A stretch of 64,000 nucleotides of DNA from Eledone cirrhosa (GCA_964016885.1 OZ024740.1:123442001-123506000); one strand, 5' to 3'; counted from the stretch's first letter, positions 12,881-26,516 are shown. The notes: generated by a model not told the origin, from the letters alone. Numbers and translations are program-made.

Positions 12881-14714
12881 AAATGTTTTGTGAAACAAAG
12901 TACCATGCTATTATATATAGATGGGATGTATACTTTTTTCGAAGTCAAATTGTCCACAAACACCAAAGCCACTGATCATTGTATGGTTCTCTAGAAATAT
13001 ATATATGTACAAAATTATATCTCCATTACCAATCTGGAACTGAATATGCATCTCTTAAGCCTCAATCATGATACATTGCCAGAGATATGGTACAGACTTT
13101 TGGAAAGAACACAAACTACGGTATACTTACAAGCCAAGCATTTTAAAAGCAGGGTTTATATCTGTAGTCTTCTGACATGCTTCACACTCACTATGAGATT
13201 CTTTTTTAAGCAATGCTTTGTGGCTGAATGCCCTTCCTGGTGCCAAATCTTTAGTTACCTTTTACAACATGAAGAAGTACTGTGCACCTATTCTAAACAA
13301 AATACCCATAACAAACCCATAATATACATTACTGAGATAAAACAATAGGTGTTAGTCACCAAACTTGACATTTAATAAAAAATAAAAGAAAAGATTATCA
13401 CAATGACTGAATACATCCAATCATGAGGAGTCTAATCTTTGCTACTGAATCATATGAAGTGAACTTAATTACGGACAGTACCTATTGAACATTACCATTA
13501 TTTGAGTTTGGTTCTAGCATATCAGGATTTATTGCTAACAGAATCTAAATTCTCATATGCTGCCATGTTGATGGTGTTTTTGTTTTGTTTTATTGTGGAG
13601 TGGGGGGAATTCCTCAGTTGTAAAATGCAAAACATTATTTCCTTATCTTTGCCTTCATATCTGACAATGGTATATTAAAATACTTTTTCATTTAACAAAG
13701 ATAAGCAGATAAAATGTAAATAAAATAAACATGACTGAACCCTACCTGTTCTTCATTTTAAGCCTTAGTTTTAGTTTCAGCAAGAATAGTTTCAGAGAAG
13801 TTAATAATATTGACAAGTCACAAGAGTGGAAATCATTTGAAAACAACAGACTTTACTTCCTCTTTGCACATTATTTCTTATCTTTGCATCACAGATGCTA
13901 GTTCTACATCCTTCTTGACACATGTTCAGGCTAGTAACGATCATCTTATTTTGCCATGCCTAAGATTTTTTTCATTAGAAATGAGTCTCTTGTGCTGTTT
14001 TTGAGTTGTTCATGTATTGGATTTTCATCGATACATGAGGTAGTGCAGGGAAATATATAACAAATTAACAATACCATGACCAATAACAATATTATCATCA
14101 TGATCAACAGCAACCATCAACTCCACAACAATAAAAATGAAATTTATATCGGTTTTAACTAGTAATTCTAAATAGCTGTTAATTTAGCAAATCAATGGAA
14201 TAACCTTTAGCTTTATTTCCACTGAAATATAAAAGGTAAAAGAATACACTATCATGTGAAATATTAATTTCCTAATGAAAGATTGTTAGTTCGCATGTCT
14301 AGAGCAATATTCAAAGCAAAGATTCACCACAGCTGGCAGCAGCATTTTAGTTGGACTTATTTTATTTGGTGTCAGCAGTATTTCAGTTATTGTATAGTTT
14401 GGTCTTAACATAGAAATAAGTTTGAATAGACTGGAATTACTAATATCTAAAAGGTCATGTAAACAGGTCTTACTGGATCTTTAGAATTAATAATCTTGTT
14501 AGGAGGGTGAATTTTTAGAGTCAATTATTACAATGTCAATCAATGGATTTTATTGTTTTAGGTTGCTTTTCAGACAAAGAAATGGTTTTATTATATTCCT
14601 GATAGGATTGAGTTATTGCATAGTTTTTCAACATCATCCTGTGTATATGTGGAATTAACTTCAATTGTATTTTACTCATCTTATTATTGAGTCCACATAG
14701 GAAATCTGATGGGA

Positions 14715-14915
14715 AGAATCATTAGAGCATTAGACAAAATTCTTTGCAACATTTAGTCACAGTTGAGTTCAAATCCTGCCAAGGTAACTTTTACCTTTGT
14801 CCTGAAGGGGTCGATACAGAAAAGTACCAATAACACATTGGGATTGATTTAATCAAATCCCGCCCCCCCCCACCCCCACCCCAAAAAAAAAATTGTTAGC
14901 CTTGGGCCTTAATCA
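14715..14915 (+). mobile_element. SINE
   Basis: gagttcaaatcctgccaaggtaacttttacctttgtcctgaaggggtcgatacagaaaagtacca core. Confidence 0.65.
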
Positions 14916-15184
14916 GGCTTTATGTTTAGCTAAATTTTGTTCAGGTAAATACAATTCATTACATCTTCATTGTATATTGCAAAGTCAGTCGACATACATG
15001 ATTCTTTAATTAGAGAATATTACAATAGGTGTTTCATAGATAGTGGTTCTATGTCACAATGACCTATATTGTCAGTCATTAGATGAACTCTATGAGCATT
15101 AATCAATTTCAATTATTTGTATTCAATTCAAATATTGGTATTAACAATAGGAACTACATTTGTGCAATGTTATTACTTACAAGT

Positions 15185-15330
15185 GGACGAGTTCAAATCC
15201 AGCCGAGGTTAGCTTTGACTTTCATATTCACAGGGTCAAAATAAAGTACCAGAAATGCACTGGGGCTGATTTAATTGACTTTCTCCTCCCCTAAAATTGT
15301 TGGCCATGTGCCTAAATCAGAAGCTATTAT
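15185..15330 (+). mobile_element. SINE
   Basis: gagttcaaatccagccgaggttagctttgactttcat...gtcaaaataaagtaccag. Confidence 0.7.
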
Positions 15331-15971
15331 TTACAAATGGAGCCAGAAAAAGTATGTACTGCAATAGAACCAGTGAAAAGGAGCCTTTATTTGTTCAGTT
15401 TATCTGCTAGAATTAACAGATTAAACCCCTTCATATCACAGATTTGCTATCTTAATCAAAGGAGACATTAGATAACGCAGTTCTAAAAATGTCATTTGAT
15501 TAGGGCTGGAATTCGTTTGAGCATATGTCTGGTCAGTTAGCATTGACCTAGAACTGAACTGTAACAGAAGCAACAACTAAGGCAGTCTTCATCAGTGTTT
15601 ATGAATATTGAATTATAGGATAAATTTAAAGGCTAGGTGCTATGAGTAGGGTGCTAGAACTGTCTAATTATAGGTTCAGAGTTCAAATTATTTGTAAACG
15701 TTTCCTAATAGATCTGAGCAGATGACTTCATTTAACATTGTGTCAGTCTCCACAGTTCATAGAATAGGTGATATATCATATAGTAATATTACCTGAAGTA
15801 GAACATTTATCAATCCAGGGAAGTTTATCTAATATCTGCTTAAAACCATAAAACTGCAAATGGTATATTAAGAGCCAATGGAAAAGTGGTTGCCTGGTCT
15901 GATAGATATAAGAATCAAATCTTCCACAACACTCTCATCATCATTATTTAACTTCCATGGGGTTGATTTAA

Positions 15972-16115
15972 AGGTGGTGGATTGGTAGTATCAGTAGAGG
16001 GTCGGACGCCATGCTTTGACGCATAGTTACGGCCCTTGCCATTCTGAGATCAATTCCCGCCGAGGTTAACTTTGCCTTTCATCCTTACGGAGTCGATAAA
16101 ATAAAGTACCAGTAA
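15972..16115 (+). mobile_element. tRNA-derived SINE (Meta-domain-like core)
   Basis: ggtgggattggtagtatcagtagag head; gaggttaactttgcctttcatccttacggagtcgataaaataaagtaccag core. Confidence 0.8.
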
Positions 16116-16694
16116 CTTCTATCTTCCATGCTAGCCTTAAAAGAAAGGATTCATTGAATAGTGTATTTGAGATATACTGTGTCTGTATAAAAAACAGGAT
16201 CATCAAGGCTTGAGTGCCTTTCATTATATGTCTGGTTTATCAGAGCTGACCTTAAGTCAAACAAAATTATACATTAATTTCATTCAGATGAATGAAGAAG
16301 TCTCTACAGTGTTGCTCAACCTACTAGAAATAGCAGTCAGGTTTCCCACAAATCACACCCTACTACCTTGATTTTTTTTATATGTCAAATATAACATTGT
16401 AAATTTGAGCATATTATTTCTAATGATTATATCTAAGACTCATATTGTTATAGGAATACAGTGTATAAAAGATATATCCTTTAATAGCAGAGCTAGTAAA
16501 TATAATGTAAATTTCTGCATAGGGCAGAGTTGATTTGAAGGTTTCGTGTTCAGTTCCAGTTTCAAGGCAGTAAGTAGATCAAATACAAATGCTTCCTTGG
16601 ACAGATAACAAGACACACTATCAGTTGATCTAGTATATATATTCTCAACAACAAAGTGAACTGTTGCAATGTAGGGGTGCAGATGAAAATAACA

Positions 16695-16805
16695 ATAATT
16701 GTTTCTACTTTGGGCACAATTATCTCAGTGTATTACTGGTACTTTATTGTATCAACCCCGAAAGGATCAAAGGCAAAGTTAACCTTGGCGGGATTTGAAC
16801 TCAGT
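16695..16805 (-). mobile_element. SINE fragment
   Basis: Reverse complement of the same SINE core. Confidence 0.75.
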
Positions 16806-16971
16806 TAACAATAATTAACAGATAACAGCAGCTATGTGATGCGTGATGATTGAGAACTTTGATTGATTTTCAAGTTGAGTACTAGTGACGCTTCTTTTTA
16901 CCTTTTCCTTTGTCTATAGGACCTCAACAGGGCATCATAAACTTATGAAACACTTTTTAATAATAATTCAT

Positions 16972-17270
16972 TATCATCATTTTCACATCCAATTTTCCCC
17001 ATTTGCATGGGTTGTACAGGTCCTTTTCAGCATAGTATTTCTCCACTCATCATGTTCCTTAATCATTTCCTCTGTGAGTCTCACTGATTTCAGATCCTCT
17101 CTCATCACCTCTGAAAAGGTCTTCCTTGGTCTACCTCTACTGTAACTTCTTGCCACAGGGATTTTCAGGTGCCTTTTCTCCCAGCTATCATCATCCATGT
17201 GTATCACATGCCTGTACCAATGCAGCATTCTCTCTTGCACACCACTTTGATTCCTCTTAAACCCTGTTTC
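16972..17270 (-). mobile_element. RTE LINE 3' fragment
   Basis: QERMLHWYRHV...RGRPRKTF..V.REDL...W C-terminal motif and (GAT)n-type tail. Confidence 0.8.
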
Positions 17271-19659
17271 ACCTTAGCTATTTAAAATAGGGATATGTAA
17301 TTGTATATTGAACATAATTACAACTAGATGAATCAAACCAGTTGTATGGGCACATAGATACAACAACAATAATAATGAGATAGGAAACATTGATAATTCT
17401 CATTCAACAAGTATGGAGGCATGTTGTTAGTATTGTTAAAATGTTTGCTTCAAAATTATGTAGCATCAATTTCAATCCATGTGCCCAGTAACTTCGATAA
17501 GTGCCTGCAAGCATAGCTTCAGTTTAACTGAAGCTTTGTAAGAGAACTTTCGTAGACAGAATCTGTGTGAAAACTTGGCATCTTTGATGTTAAAATTAAT
17601 CTATAATTCAAAGCATCGATGGCTTTCACAGTGCACACATTGCTGTACACATTTCAGACAGATTTTGTGACTCAGGATAACTTCCGTCCTCATATTAGTC
17701 TTGAAGACGCTAAAAAAAGGTTAAAGGTACTACCAGTTTTTTGTGATTAAATTATTAAAAATAAATAAAGAAAACTAAATCTGTCATTGCTTATATGGGG
17801 GAGCAGATTTTAATAACAACATCTGAGCTATGCAAATGTTCCCTTTAATATATACAATTACGCAACTCATGTTCTCTCAAAATTGACAAGGGTGAGAACA
17901 GCTTTCATGGAGGTTAATCATGCTATAATGGAAAGGCATACATGAGAATTAATATGTGCCCATAGCTGTAGTTTTATAATAGAGACCAAGCGAATGCTAG
18001 ATTTACAGACAGGTCTTGATCTTGTCAAACATGCAGTTCTCAGTTTCTGATCCATTGTCATTTAATTCCAAAAAGAAAATATAAATGAATGAATGATCTT
18101 GGATCCCTGGGATCTTTTATTATCAGTGATTATTATTATTATGTACCCTACATGTCGGCCCTTGTGGCCAATAAATGAGATCATTATTATTATCATAATT
18201 ATTATTGTCATCATTATCATTAGCATTGTCAACTTCATCATTTATATTATGATATTATCAATATATTATTGTTACCAACACTATTATTGATGTTATTATT
18301 TTACCATTATTATTATTATCTTTAATATTTACACATTTTCATTTTATGTGTTATTACTCAAGTTGGTTTTGTTGATAGATTATTATTTTAACTTTATATT
18401 TTTCATTTTTTTTTCAATTTACATCATTTTTTACACCATCATTGCTCTAACAATTTGTAATGACATAAATCTGAAAGCCTAATGAATTAAATTGGTATTC
18501 AGATAAATACTAAACAAAAGTTAAAACAAAATTGATAATAAATTTAAGAGCAAAATGGAAAAACAACAAAATGAATCAATCAACAAACCTACGAAATACG
18601 AAAGTCAAAGTTGATAATGAGATCTTTAAAATTGAAATATTAAATTAAAAAATAAAAATCAACTACAATTTATATATGAAAATGTTTTTAAAAAATAAAT
18701 TTCACTCATCAGAGTGATTTGACAGAAATAGCAACATTTTAAACTAGAGGCAGGCATGGTTATGTGGGTAAGGAGTTTTCTCCCCAGCCATGTGGTTCTG
18801 AGCTCAGTTGTACTGCACAGCACATTGGGTAAGTGTCTTTTACTATAACTTGATGTTAAATAATAACTTGTGTGTAAGATTTGGTAGATGCATACTGCAG
18901 ATGCACTATATCATCATCATCATCATCATCATTCAATGTCTGTTCTCTCTTCTAGTAAAGGGTACACAGGTCATTACATTTAACCATTCAAATGAGCCAA
19001 AAGATGGGGAGGACATCTCACTTACATTCTTGCTCTCTACAGAATACAGCAGGTGCATTTTTTGTAATGCCAGCACTAGGGACCTTGTCATCACTTTGAC
19101 ACAATTGAAGACTGCTCATGACCCTTTGGTTGGATGACCTAACACTTACCACTTTACAAAGTGTACTGGGTGTGTTTAACATATATTCAACACTAGAGAA
19201 GTTGTCATGCCCTTGATATATCCAATGAGTCATGCTCACCCTTTCTTGCATGCTTTCTACACCTGCATGCCTTTCTTATCACCAATCACCTTAAAAGGTG
19301 TACTGGGTACATTTTTCATAGCACAAACAATAGAAAAGTTGGCAGTCATTAACTCAACTGAAAAGCTCCCTTTACTTTATGGAGGGGATAGGATATGGAG
19401 TGAAATAAGGAGGAAGATATGTATAGTGTTATGGGTCTATGGTAGGTAGAGAAGTAAGAATGTATGTTGTGTGTAAGCAAATAGTGGAGTAGTGATGATG
19501 AGAAGAGCTACTAGGGAGTTAAGCTGGAATGTTAAAATTTAAGAGGAGTTGGTGTGATCCTCGATAGAATGGGGATAAGGTGCAAAATGGATAAAATAAC
19601 TATGAGTAGGGATAGCAAGGGAGAGCCAAGAATGGTTCAAGTCACATTCTATATGTTGG

Positions 19660-20190
19660 TAGGTGAGTCCTTTTCAATACCACATGTAGCCAATTCTAAA
19701 GATGCTTTCCTATTTCTTTTATGAATTGCTGCTTTATAACGTCAGTTTTCACTACTTCATACCATGTATTCCTAGATATACCTCTTCCACAATTCCCATC
19801 CTGTGAGATTTCTCTGCAATTTTTTATAGAGTGATCATCATTTGTGCATATTGCATGTCCATACCTACACAGTATTTTCTCTTGCACGCAACATTTAATT
19901 CCCCTTACACCAAATTTTTCCTTTAGTTTGCTTCTACGATGTTGTTCATGCACCCTAATATTACAAATCTTTCAGAGCATAATTGCTTCATTTCTTTCTA
20001 GCCTTCCAAAGTCTTCTGAAGTTAGGGCCCATGCCTTACTAGCATGTAGTATTGCAGTTTGCATGCAGCCATCATTAAGTTTATTCTTCATAGTGAGAGA
20101 AAAGCCCTTTGTAGTCATCAGAGGCACAAGCACCCTCAACTTCTTCTAACCTATTCTTACTCAGGTTATCATACTTTCAGAGTATTCTCC
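19660..20190 (-). mobile_element. RTE LINE fragment
   Basis: GIKCCVQEKILCRYGH...GRGISRNTW motif, homologous to 54046-55270. Confidence 0.75.
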
Positions 20191-21514
20191 GCAAAGTATC
20201 AGACACACACATATATATATACATTATATATATAATACACACACACACACACGTGCTTATATATATGTGTGCGTGTCTCTCTGTATGTATGTTTATGCTT
20301 ATGCCTGTGTGTTAATGGTCATGTAAAACAGTTTGATAAAAAAAGAGATTAAGTAAATAAGTACTGGTGTCAATGTGGTTGGATGGTAACTGAAGCCATT
20401 AAGAGAATAACAGAATATATGCCATATAATCTTGTACATATAACCATTGATATCAAACAGATTCATAGACAACATTGTTATTAATTCCTCTCCATGCTTG
20501 ATAAATTAACCCTTTTGTTATCATATTTCTAATAGAAAATGCTGCCTATGATTTTCAAATAGTTTCGAAAATAATCAAAACTTTCCAATTATGCTGGTGT
20601 TTGGACCATACAAACGTTTGCAAACCAAGTTATGACAGGAGTTTTAGATTAATATAAACACTATAAAGTAAACCATGTTGTATCATAAAACAATTTTTCT
20701 GACTAAGCAATCTCTATTCTGATGCACCATTTACAGAGACAAGAAAAACTGCCTACATCTGCTAGTGGCTTAGATATCCATCACTCCTTCATAATGCTTG
20801 TGCTCCATCTTTATTTAAGTGACCATTATAAAGTAACCCTTTTGCGTTCAAACTGGCCATTTCCGACCAGAATTCTCTCATCTTTTTCTGTTCAAACTGG
20901 CTGTAAATGGCCACTCATACTGATCTTAAGGTATTGGTCTCAAAATAAATACCAAAATCGGATAGATTCGATATTATGTGAGATAATTAAGTGAAGTAAA
21001 GCTTTTACCATAAAAATATATGTATATAGAATAATGTAAATGCTAAAATGTTAAAGCTATTAGGCTAAACATATATATTTATAGAATCGCCATACATTCT
21101 ATATTGCATATACAGGTTTCAAACTTTTTATTATGCATGCTCCATGCATATTATCATTTTAATCTTATTTTAATTATATTTACAATTAAAAACAAAAACT
21201 GAAGATACTTTTCAAATCATTTTGAAAATAATCGAGAATTTAGAAGGATTTAGTAAAAAAAACTTTTTCAATATCAAGTTTGTATTTCAAACACAACAGT
21301 GTTTCTTATATCAAATTTTGATGGATGGCTTTTGAATAAAAAGAATTAAACACTTTAAAATAAACAGCTTAATATCATAGAACTAGGGATAGTCTAAGCT
21401 GGTTTACTATGTAAAAGATTAATTAAAATATATGTTGATGTGTCTGTCGTTAAGCTAAAATGTCTAATGTTTGACTTGAGCGTATATTTCATGGCACGAA
21501 TCTACAGAGGATAT

Positions 21515-21710
21515 AAAACTACCCCTGGACAGGACACTGGTCCATCACAGGATTAAACCTCCTGCTATTACCCGTACACATTGTCAGTTGAGTATACTGA
21601 AGCAATGCAAAATGAAGTGTTTTGCTCAAAAACACAACACACAACATAGTCCAGGAATGTAATCCAGGACATTACGATCATAATCAAGCCACCTTACCAA
21701 TTGGCTAACT
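21515..21710 (-). mobile_element. SINE
   Basis: cccctggacaggacactggtccatcacagg...gaagcaatgcaaaatgaagtgttttgctcaaaaacacaac. Confidence 0.6.
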
Positions 21711-22846
21711 TTTGTTAAATTAAGTCAACCCTTTATCCAGCAGACTTATGATCAAAGGAGTCTATCCCATTTTTGTCATACATAGAAAACAATTTAGAAG
21801 AGAATTAAGGGTTAATTTTTGAAGTCTCGGAAAAAGTGTAGAGGCTCTATTGTTGTCAAAAGAAGCCACAGCTAAATCAATAACTTCAACACCCTTTCTT
21901 CTAGTCACAACCAGCACATTACACCTCATACATTTCCTGATTAACAGAAACTAACAACTATCTGTCGTACAGCTATAATAATATATATATAAATGCACCA
22001 CACACATACAAACAGATATATCATCAGCACCAAATCTATAATGATTTAGCATCTTCCTTATTGTATCTGTGTTTGTATAGAAACACTTCAGTGTCTAACA
22101 ATGTCTGTAAGCTAAATGTCACATCTGATTTTACTGTTCATTTTATATAAGATTTTAATGGACTTCCCTTCTGTTATAGTTGAATAGTCACTGAACAGAA
22201 AGTGGAATATCATTGTGACATTTGTAATCACTGTATAATTACGAATTTATTCCAACACACATATATATATTCTAAAGTAGCAATTTACTTTTGGGGTAAA
22301 AGAGGTTGTATATCATAGGTTGTATGGTTTATGTACCTTTCCAGACAGCTACTATGCCAGAATAGAAAGTGACTTGGTTAAGAATATAGGGATTTTGATT
22401 CCAAAATTGCTTGGTTATGGCTAAACCTGAGGATATACAACAATAAACAACAACTAGAGACAGGTGTCTTCAAATGTGTAATAGTTTTTCCACCCAAGCT
22501 GCACAAAATATACACTGGCATTTACCAAAGGAAATTCAGGAAACCAGTGATTGGTCCATTAGACACCTGTAAGCAATAACATTATTGATAACATTGTGTG
22601 ATATCAAATAAATAAATGAATATTTTTAATGTTTACTATATTATAGAATTCATGTTTGGTACAAAATAGACATATTTCTTCCTCAGAATAGCCCTTGTTC
22701 TAAATTAGCAACTGAGGGGGCCATATATTCACAGTTGATGAGATAAAGAAGCACAAAATGGGCATCTGTATTATGATTTCAAAGTTGACCATAATTTGGC
22801 TAGAAACCTTACATTGTGATATATGTATATATATATGTGTGTGTGT

Positions 22847-22887
<41 letters not shown>

Positions 22888-22996
22888 GTACCACGGTTCA
22901 GTTAGCAGTAAGTAATACTTATTGCAAAAATGCAATTACCTCACCATGGACTATAACAATTTTTCTCTTTCTGATGAAGTGCAATAATTTATTACA

Positions 22997-23185
22997 TAAT
23001 TGTTTCTACTTTTGGCACAAGGCCAGCAATTATCTAGTACATTACTGGTACTTTATTTTATCGACCCTGTAAGGATGAAAGGCAAAGTTGACCTCAGCGG
23101 GATTTGAACTCAGAATGGAAAGGGCAGTAATGCTATGTGTCAAAGGATGACGTCCGTCCGACCTTCTACCGATACTGCCAATCTA
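22997..23185 (-). mobile_element. tRNA-derived SINE
   Basis: Well-preserved reverse complement of the 15972-16115 family. Confidence 0.85.
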
Positions 23186-23281
23186 ATTTATTACATAATG
23201 CATACGATTGAGCAAGGGAATATGCAATCAGTGCATGTAGATTGTTATTGCACAGAAACATATGTTAAACATGAAAGTCAA

Positions 23282-23352
23282 GTAAAATACTCATAGGGAC
23301 AGAAAATAAGTGGCTGCTGGGCATTTATTTTCTGTCCCTATGAGTATTTTAC
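23282..23352. repeat. Perfect 28-bp inverted repeat, 15-nt loop
   Basis: gtaaaatactcatagggacagaaaataa (23282-23309) / ttattttctgtccctatgagtattttac (23325-23352). Confidence 0.9.
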
Positions 23353-23404
23353 CTGATGTTTTAATGCTATTATCATTATAACACTTCTGTGAAAAGCCAT
23401 AGGA

Positions 23405-23506
23405 TATATATGTGTACCTCTGTGTGTTGTTTCCTTGAAATATATATATATATATTCATACATACATATAGTCCAAGGAAACAACACCCAGAGGTACAAA
23501 TATATA
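23405..23506. repeat. Imperfect inverted repeat centred on (TA)n
   Basis: gtacctctgtgtgttgtttccttg / caaggaaacaacacccagaggtac. Confidence 0.8.
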
Positions 23507-24489
23507 TTCTATATATATATATGTGAGAAAATCTGCTGAAACTAGATATGCAGCTAAATGAAGGATACGGTAGTGGAATGATAATGTAGATAGACATGAA
23601 TGCAAAGTGACAGGCCTGGAAAGACTAGTAAAACTGTGAAACAAAAAACTCTAAAGTATAGCCAGGCACCAGGTCTACTTAGAAAAAAGAGAACAAGAAA
23701 AAAATGTTTGTTGATGTTCTACATCATGAGTATCAGAAGCATGAATTATTCTAGATCACAAGGCAAAGTGTGATAGGAAATAAAGTTGAGATTGGAGAAA
23801 AGTATGTTTGAAATGATAGTAGAGCACTTGCTCTGAGTGATGTCAAGAAGAGAGAAGCATCAGAATCATATTACAAGAGACAATTGAACAAAGAGAATAA
23901 ATGGAAGACTGAGAACCTGCCTCATGTAGATCCAAATGATATGTTTATGTATAATAAATATATTCAAAACTTACTATGTTTGTTTGAAGCTGTCAGCTAT
24001 GTGAGAATGCCACATAGTGTTTCAGGATTTTTTTAATCTATCATTTTTTACATTTACTCACATGGTACTGTTACAAGATTAAGCTATAGTATATACCTGT
24101 TTTTTATATATCAATATATTGTACATGCCTTCATACACGCATCTATTATGAATCATGCAATGTTAGAGTTACTGCTAATTAATCCCAGTCAAGTCAATCC
24201 TGTGCTATATGGAAATGAACTTTACCAGCAGATCGTTTGTATGCCACATATATATAAGCTTTAGCATATGCTTGTCTTAGTAATGAGTTAGTAAATGCCA
24301 CTGATAATGGATAAAATATTGTGGAACTCTAGTGTCTGGCACACTTGCATGGCTACTGAGAGTGCAGTGATCCTGATCACAGCTTCATACATTTATAGCA
24401 AGACCCTATATATAGAGAGACAGAGTGGGAGAGTACTTTAGTTAATATAAAGCATTGTGATATACATAGTAAGAGACAATTTTTTTCTT

Positions 24490-24667
24490 AAGCCAATAAA
24501 ATGTGCTAGAAAATTATGAAGGGCAGATGATGACAAATGAAACAAAGGAAGTTTTTCCCAGTGTGTTAAGGATGGTATTACAGGTGTATTACCCTCTTTT
24601 TAGATTCAAAGCTGTTTCATTTGTCATCATTTGCCCTTAATATTTTTCTACAACCTTATATTGGCTT
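24490..24667. repeat. Imperfect foldback, about 55-bp arms
   Basis: aagggcagatgatgacaaatgaaaca / tgtttcatttgtcatcatttgccctt plus outer aagccaata / tattggctt. Confidence 0.75.
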
Positions 24668-24695
24668 TAAAAAAAGATACCGGTCTTATATATAT

Positions 24696-25517
24696 ATATA
24701 TTAAATGTATATATTGAGTTAGGAACACAAAATAGTCTCTTACAACAAAATAGCTCTAAGAAAGAGATATTTCTGAGCCGTATATTATAATAAAATATAA
24801 ATTCACAATTAATTTTGCGAAAAAAGTTGTCTGGGTGATTGGTAGTTACCACAATTCCGGTTTGTATTTATTTTCTTAATTTTTTCTTAAATTGAGACAA
24901 GCGAACCCAATTATCTATAGTTAGTATTCTTTTCAACTTAGCGAATCTGGTCCCTTACGATTTGAACACATATATCTATATATCTGTGTTCGCTTTTTCT
25001 TTTATATTCTATTATAATATACAGCTCAGAAATATCTCTTTGATAGAGCTATTTTGTTGTAAGAGACTATTTTGAGTTCCTAACTCAATATATACATTTA
25101 ATATATTTGGCTCCGTTAATTTGTTGAGCTATTTCAAATGTCGAATGGGCCCGGCTGCTGTTTCTAGTGGTATGGGTTTATGAGACTCGCTAGGATGCCA
25201 TGTGCGCTGTTTTATTATTTTTTATATATAGCATACATAGATGTGTCTAGGATACTAATTTATCACCCAGTGATGAGCTTGGATTAGTATTTCTATTCAC
25301 AATTAATTTTGCGAAACAACAAGTTGTCTGGGTGAATGGTAGTTACCACAATTCCGGTTTGTATTTATTTTCTTATTATTTTCTTAAATTGAGACAAGCG
25401 AACCCAATTGTCTATAGTTAGTATTCTTTTCACCTTAGCGAATAAGGTCCCTTACGATTTGAACACATATATCTATATATCTGTGTTCACTTTTTCTTTT
25501 ATATTCTTTTATAATAT
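24696..25517 (+). mobile_element. Hammerhead-bearing non-coding element (retrozyme-like / non-autonomous PLE), unit about 494 nt
   Basis: Inverted repeat 24696-24801/25001-25106; direct repeat 24801-25021/25295-25517; hammerhead at 25263-25335; (TA)n at both ends. Confidence 0.75.
25263..25335 (+). ncRNA. Type I hammerhead ribozyme motif (C3>G variant)
   Basis: tcaccca-GTGATGA-gc...gc-GAAA-caac aa gttg-TC-tgggtga: 7-bp stem I, stem III acaac/gttgt, GUC triplet. Confidence 0.7.
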
Positions 25518-25530
25518 ATATATATATATA

Positions 25531-26158
25531 TAAAGTTATTCCGGGTTGAAGTCGAGGTAACAACAGTAAGTAAGGTACTCAATACATAGCAGAGTATAAA
25601 TGTTTTAATATAGAAGACCTTCTACAGGACTAGAATTGTTTCATTTGTGAGAAATCATCTGGAAGCTGGCTGTCCAAGTAAGTGGTGGTATTTATATCTT
25701 TTCTTTAATGGTGGTAGGAGAGGATTGGGATAGGTGGAGTTCATTGGTTGATGGATTTAAAGAAAAGGGGAGTTCATTAAAAACTAATTATTTAAAGCTA
25801 TAATATTAACAAAGGCAGAAAGAATACTGTAAACAAATTCAAGTTTAGAATACCAATCCTTGTTAATCTCTTAAACTAACAATGCCTGTAAGACAGGTGT
25901 CTAGAGGGTGGGTAGAGTTCATTAGTTTAAAGAAAAGGGAAATTCTTTAGAAGCTAATTCTTTAAGGCTGAAATAAGGGTGACAAATTTAGAAAGGGTTC
26001 TATAAATCCATCAACCACTGACCTCCACCCATCCCAATCCCCACCCTCTCCTACCACCAGAAAAGAAATAAATACCACCACTTACTTGGACAGCCAGGTT
26101 CCTGATGATTTCTCACGAATGAAACAGTTCTAGTCCTGTAGCTCTTATATATTAAAAC

Positions 26159-26165
<7 letters not shown>
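25531..26165 (-). mobile_element. PLE-like foldback element with a hammerhead motif in each inverted arm
   Basis: Diverged inverted arms about 25595-25760/26000-26165; ggtactcaat tail motif; flanked by (TA)n. Confidence 0.7.
26096..26145 (+). ncRNA. Type I hammerhead motif (mirror copy about 25618-25668 on minus)
   Basis: gttc-CTGATGA-tttctcacgaat-GAAA-cagttctagtcctg-TA; the minus copy retains stem I cttc/gaag but has CAGATGA. Confidence 0.6.
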
Positions 26166-26197
<32 letters not shown>

Positions 26198-26469
26198 CAT
26201 TACCGTAGATGTAAAAATCTACTTAACATTGCATTTTCTTTCATTTGCTGCCTGGCCTATATATATATATATATATATATAGGGGAGGGTCATATTTGTG
26301 TAATAATATTGCCAGAATTAATAACAGAACACACTCATTGTTTAGTTGGTTTTCGCTTCTGCGTCTTTTATATCGGTTAATTTAATTTATTCAGTCCTCA
26401 GTGTTGCTATTGACTGACCAACGGTCAAAAATACAGATACAATATAGACACAAACACATAAATATAATC

Positions 26470-26516
26470 TATCAAACTTCTTTCGTTGCACATCCGCAAC
26501 ATCGTCAGTGTTGCTA
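26470..26516 (-). ncRNA. Degenerate hammerhead core in the Penelope 3' region
   Basis: tagcaaca-CTGACGA-t-gttgc ggatgt gcaac-GAAA; a second aatagcaaca-CTGAGGA copy lies at about 26395-26411; stem III is lost. Confidence 0.5.

Noticed and set aside
15972-16060. tRNA gene
   Set aside because: tRNA-like head of a SINE; no cloverleaf.
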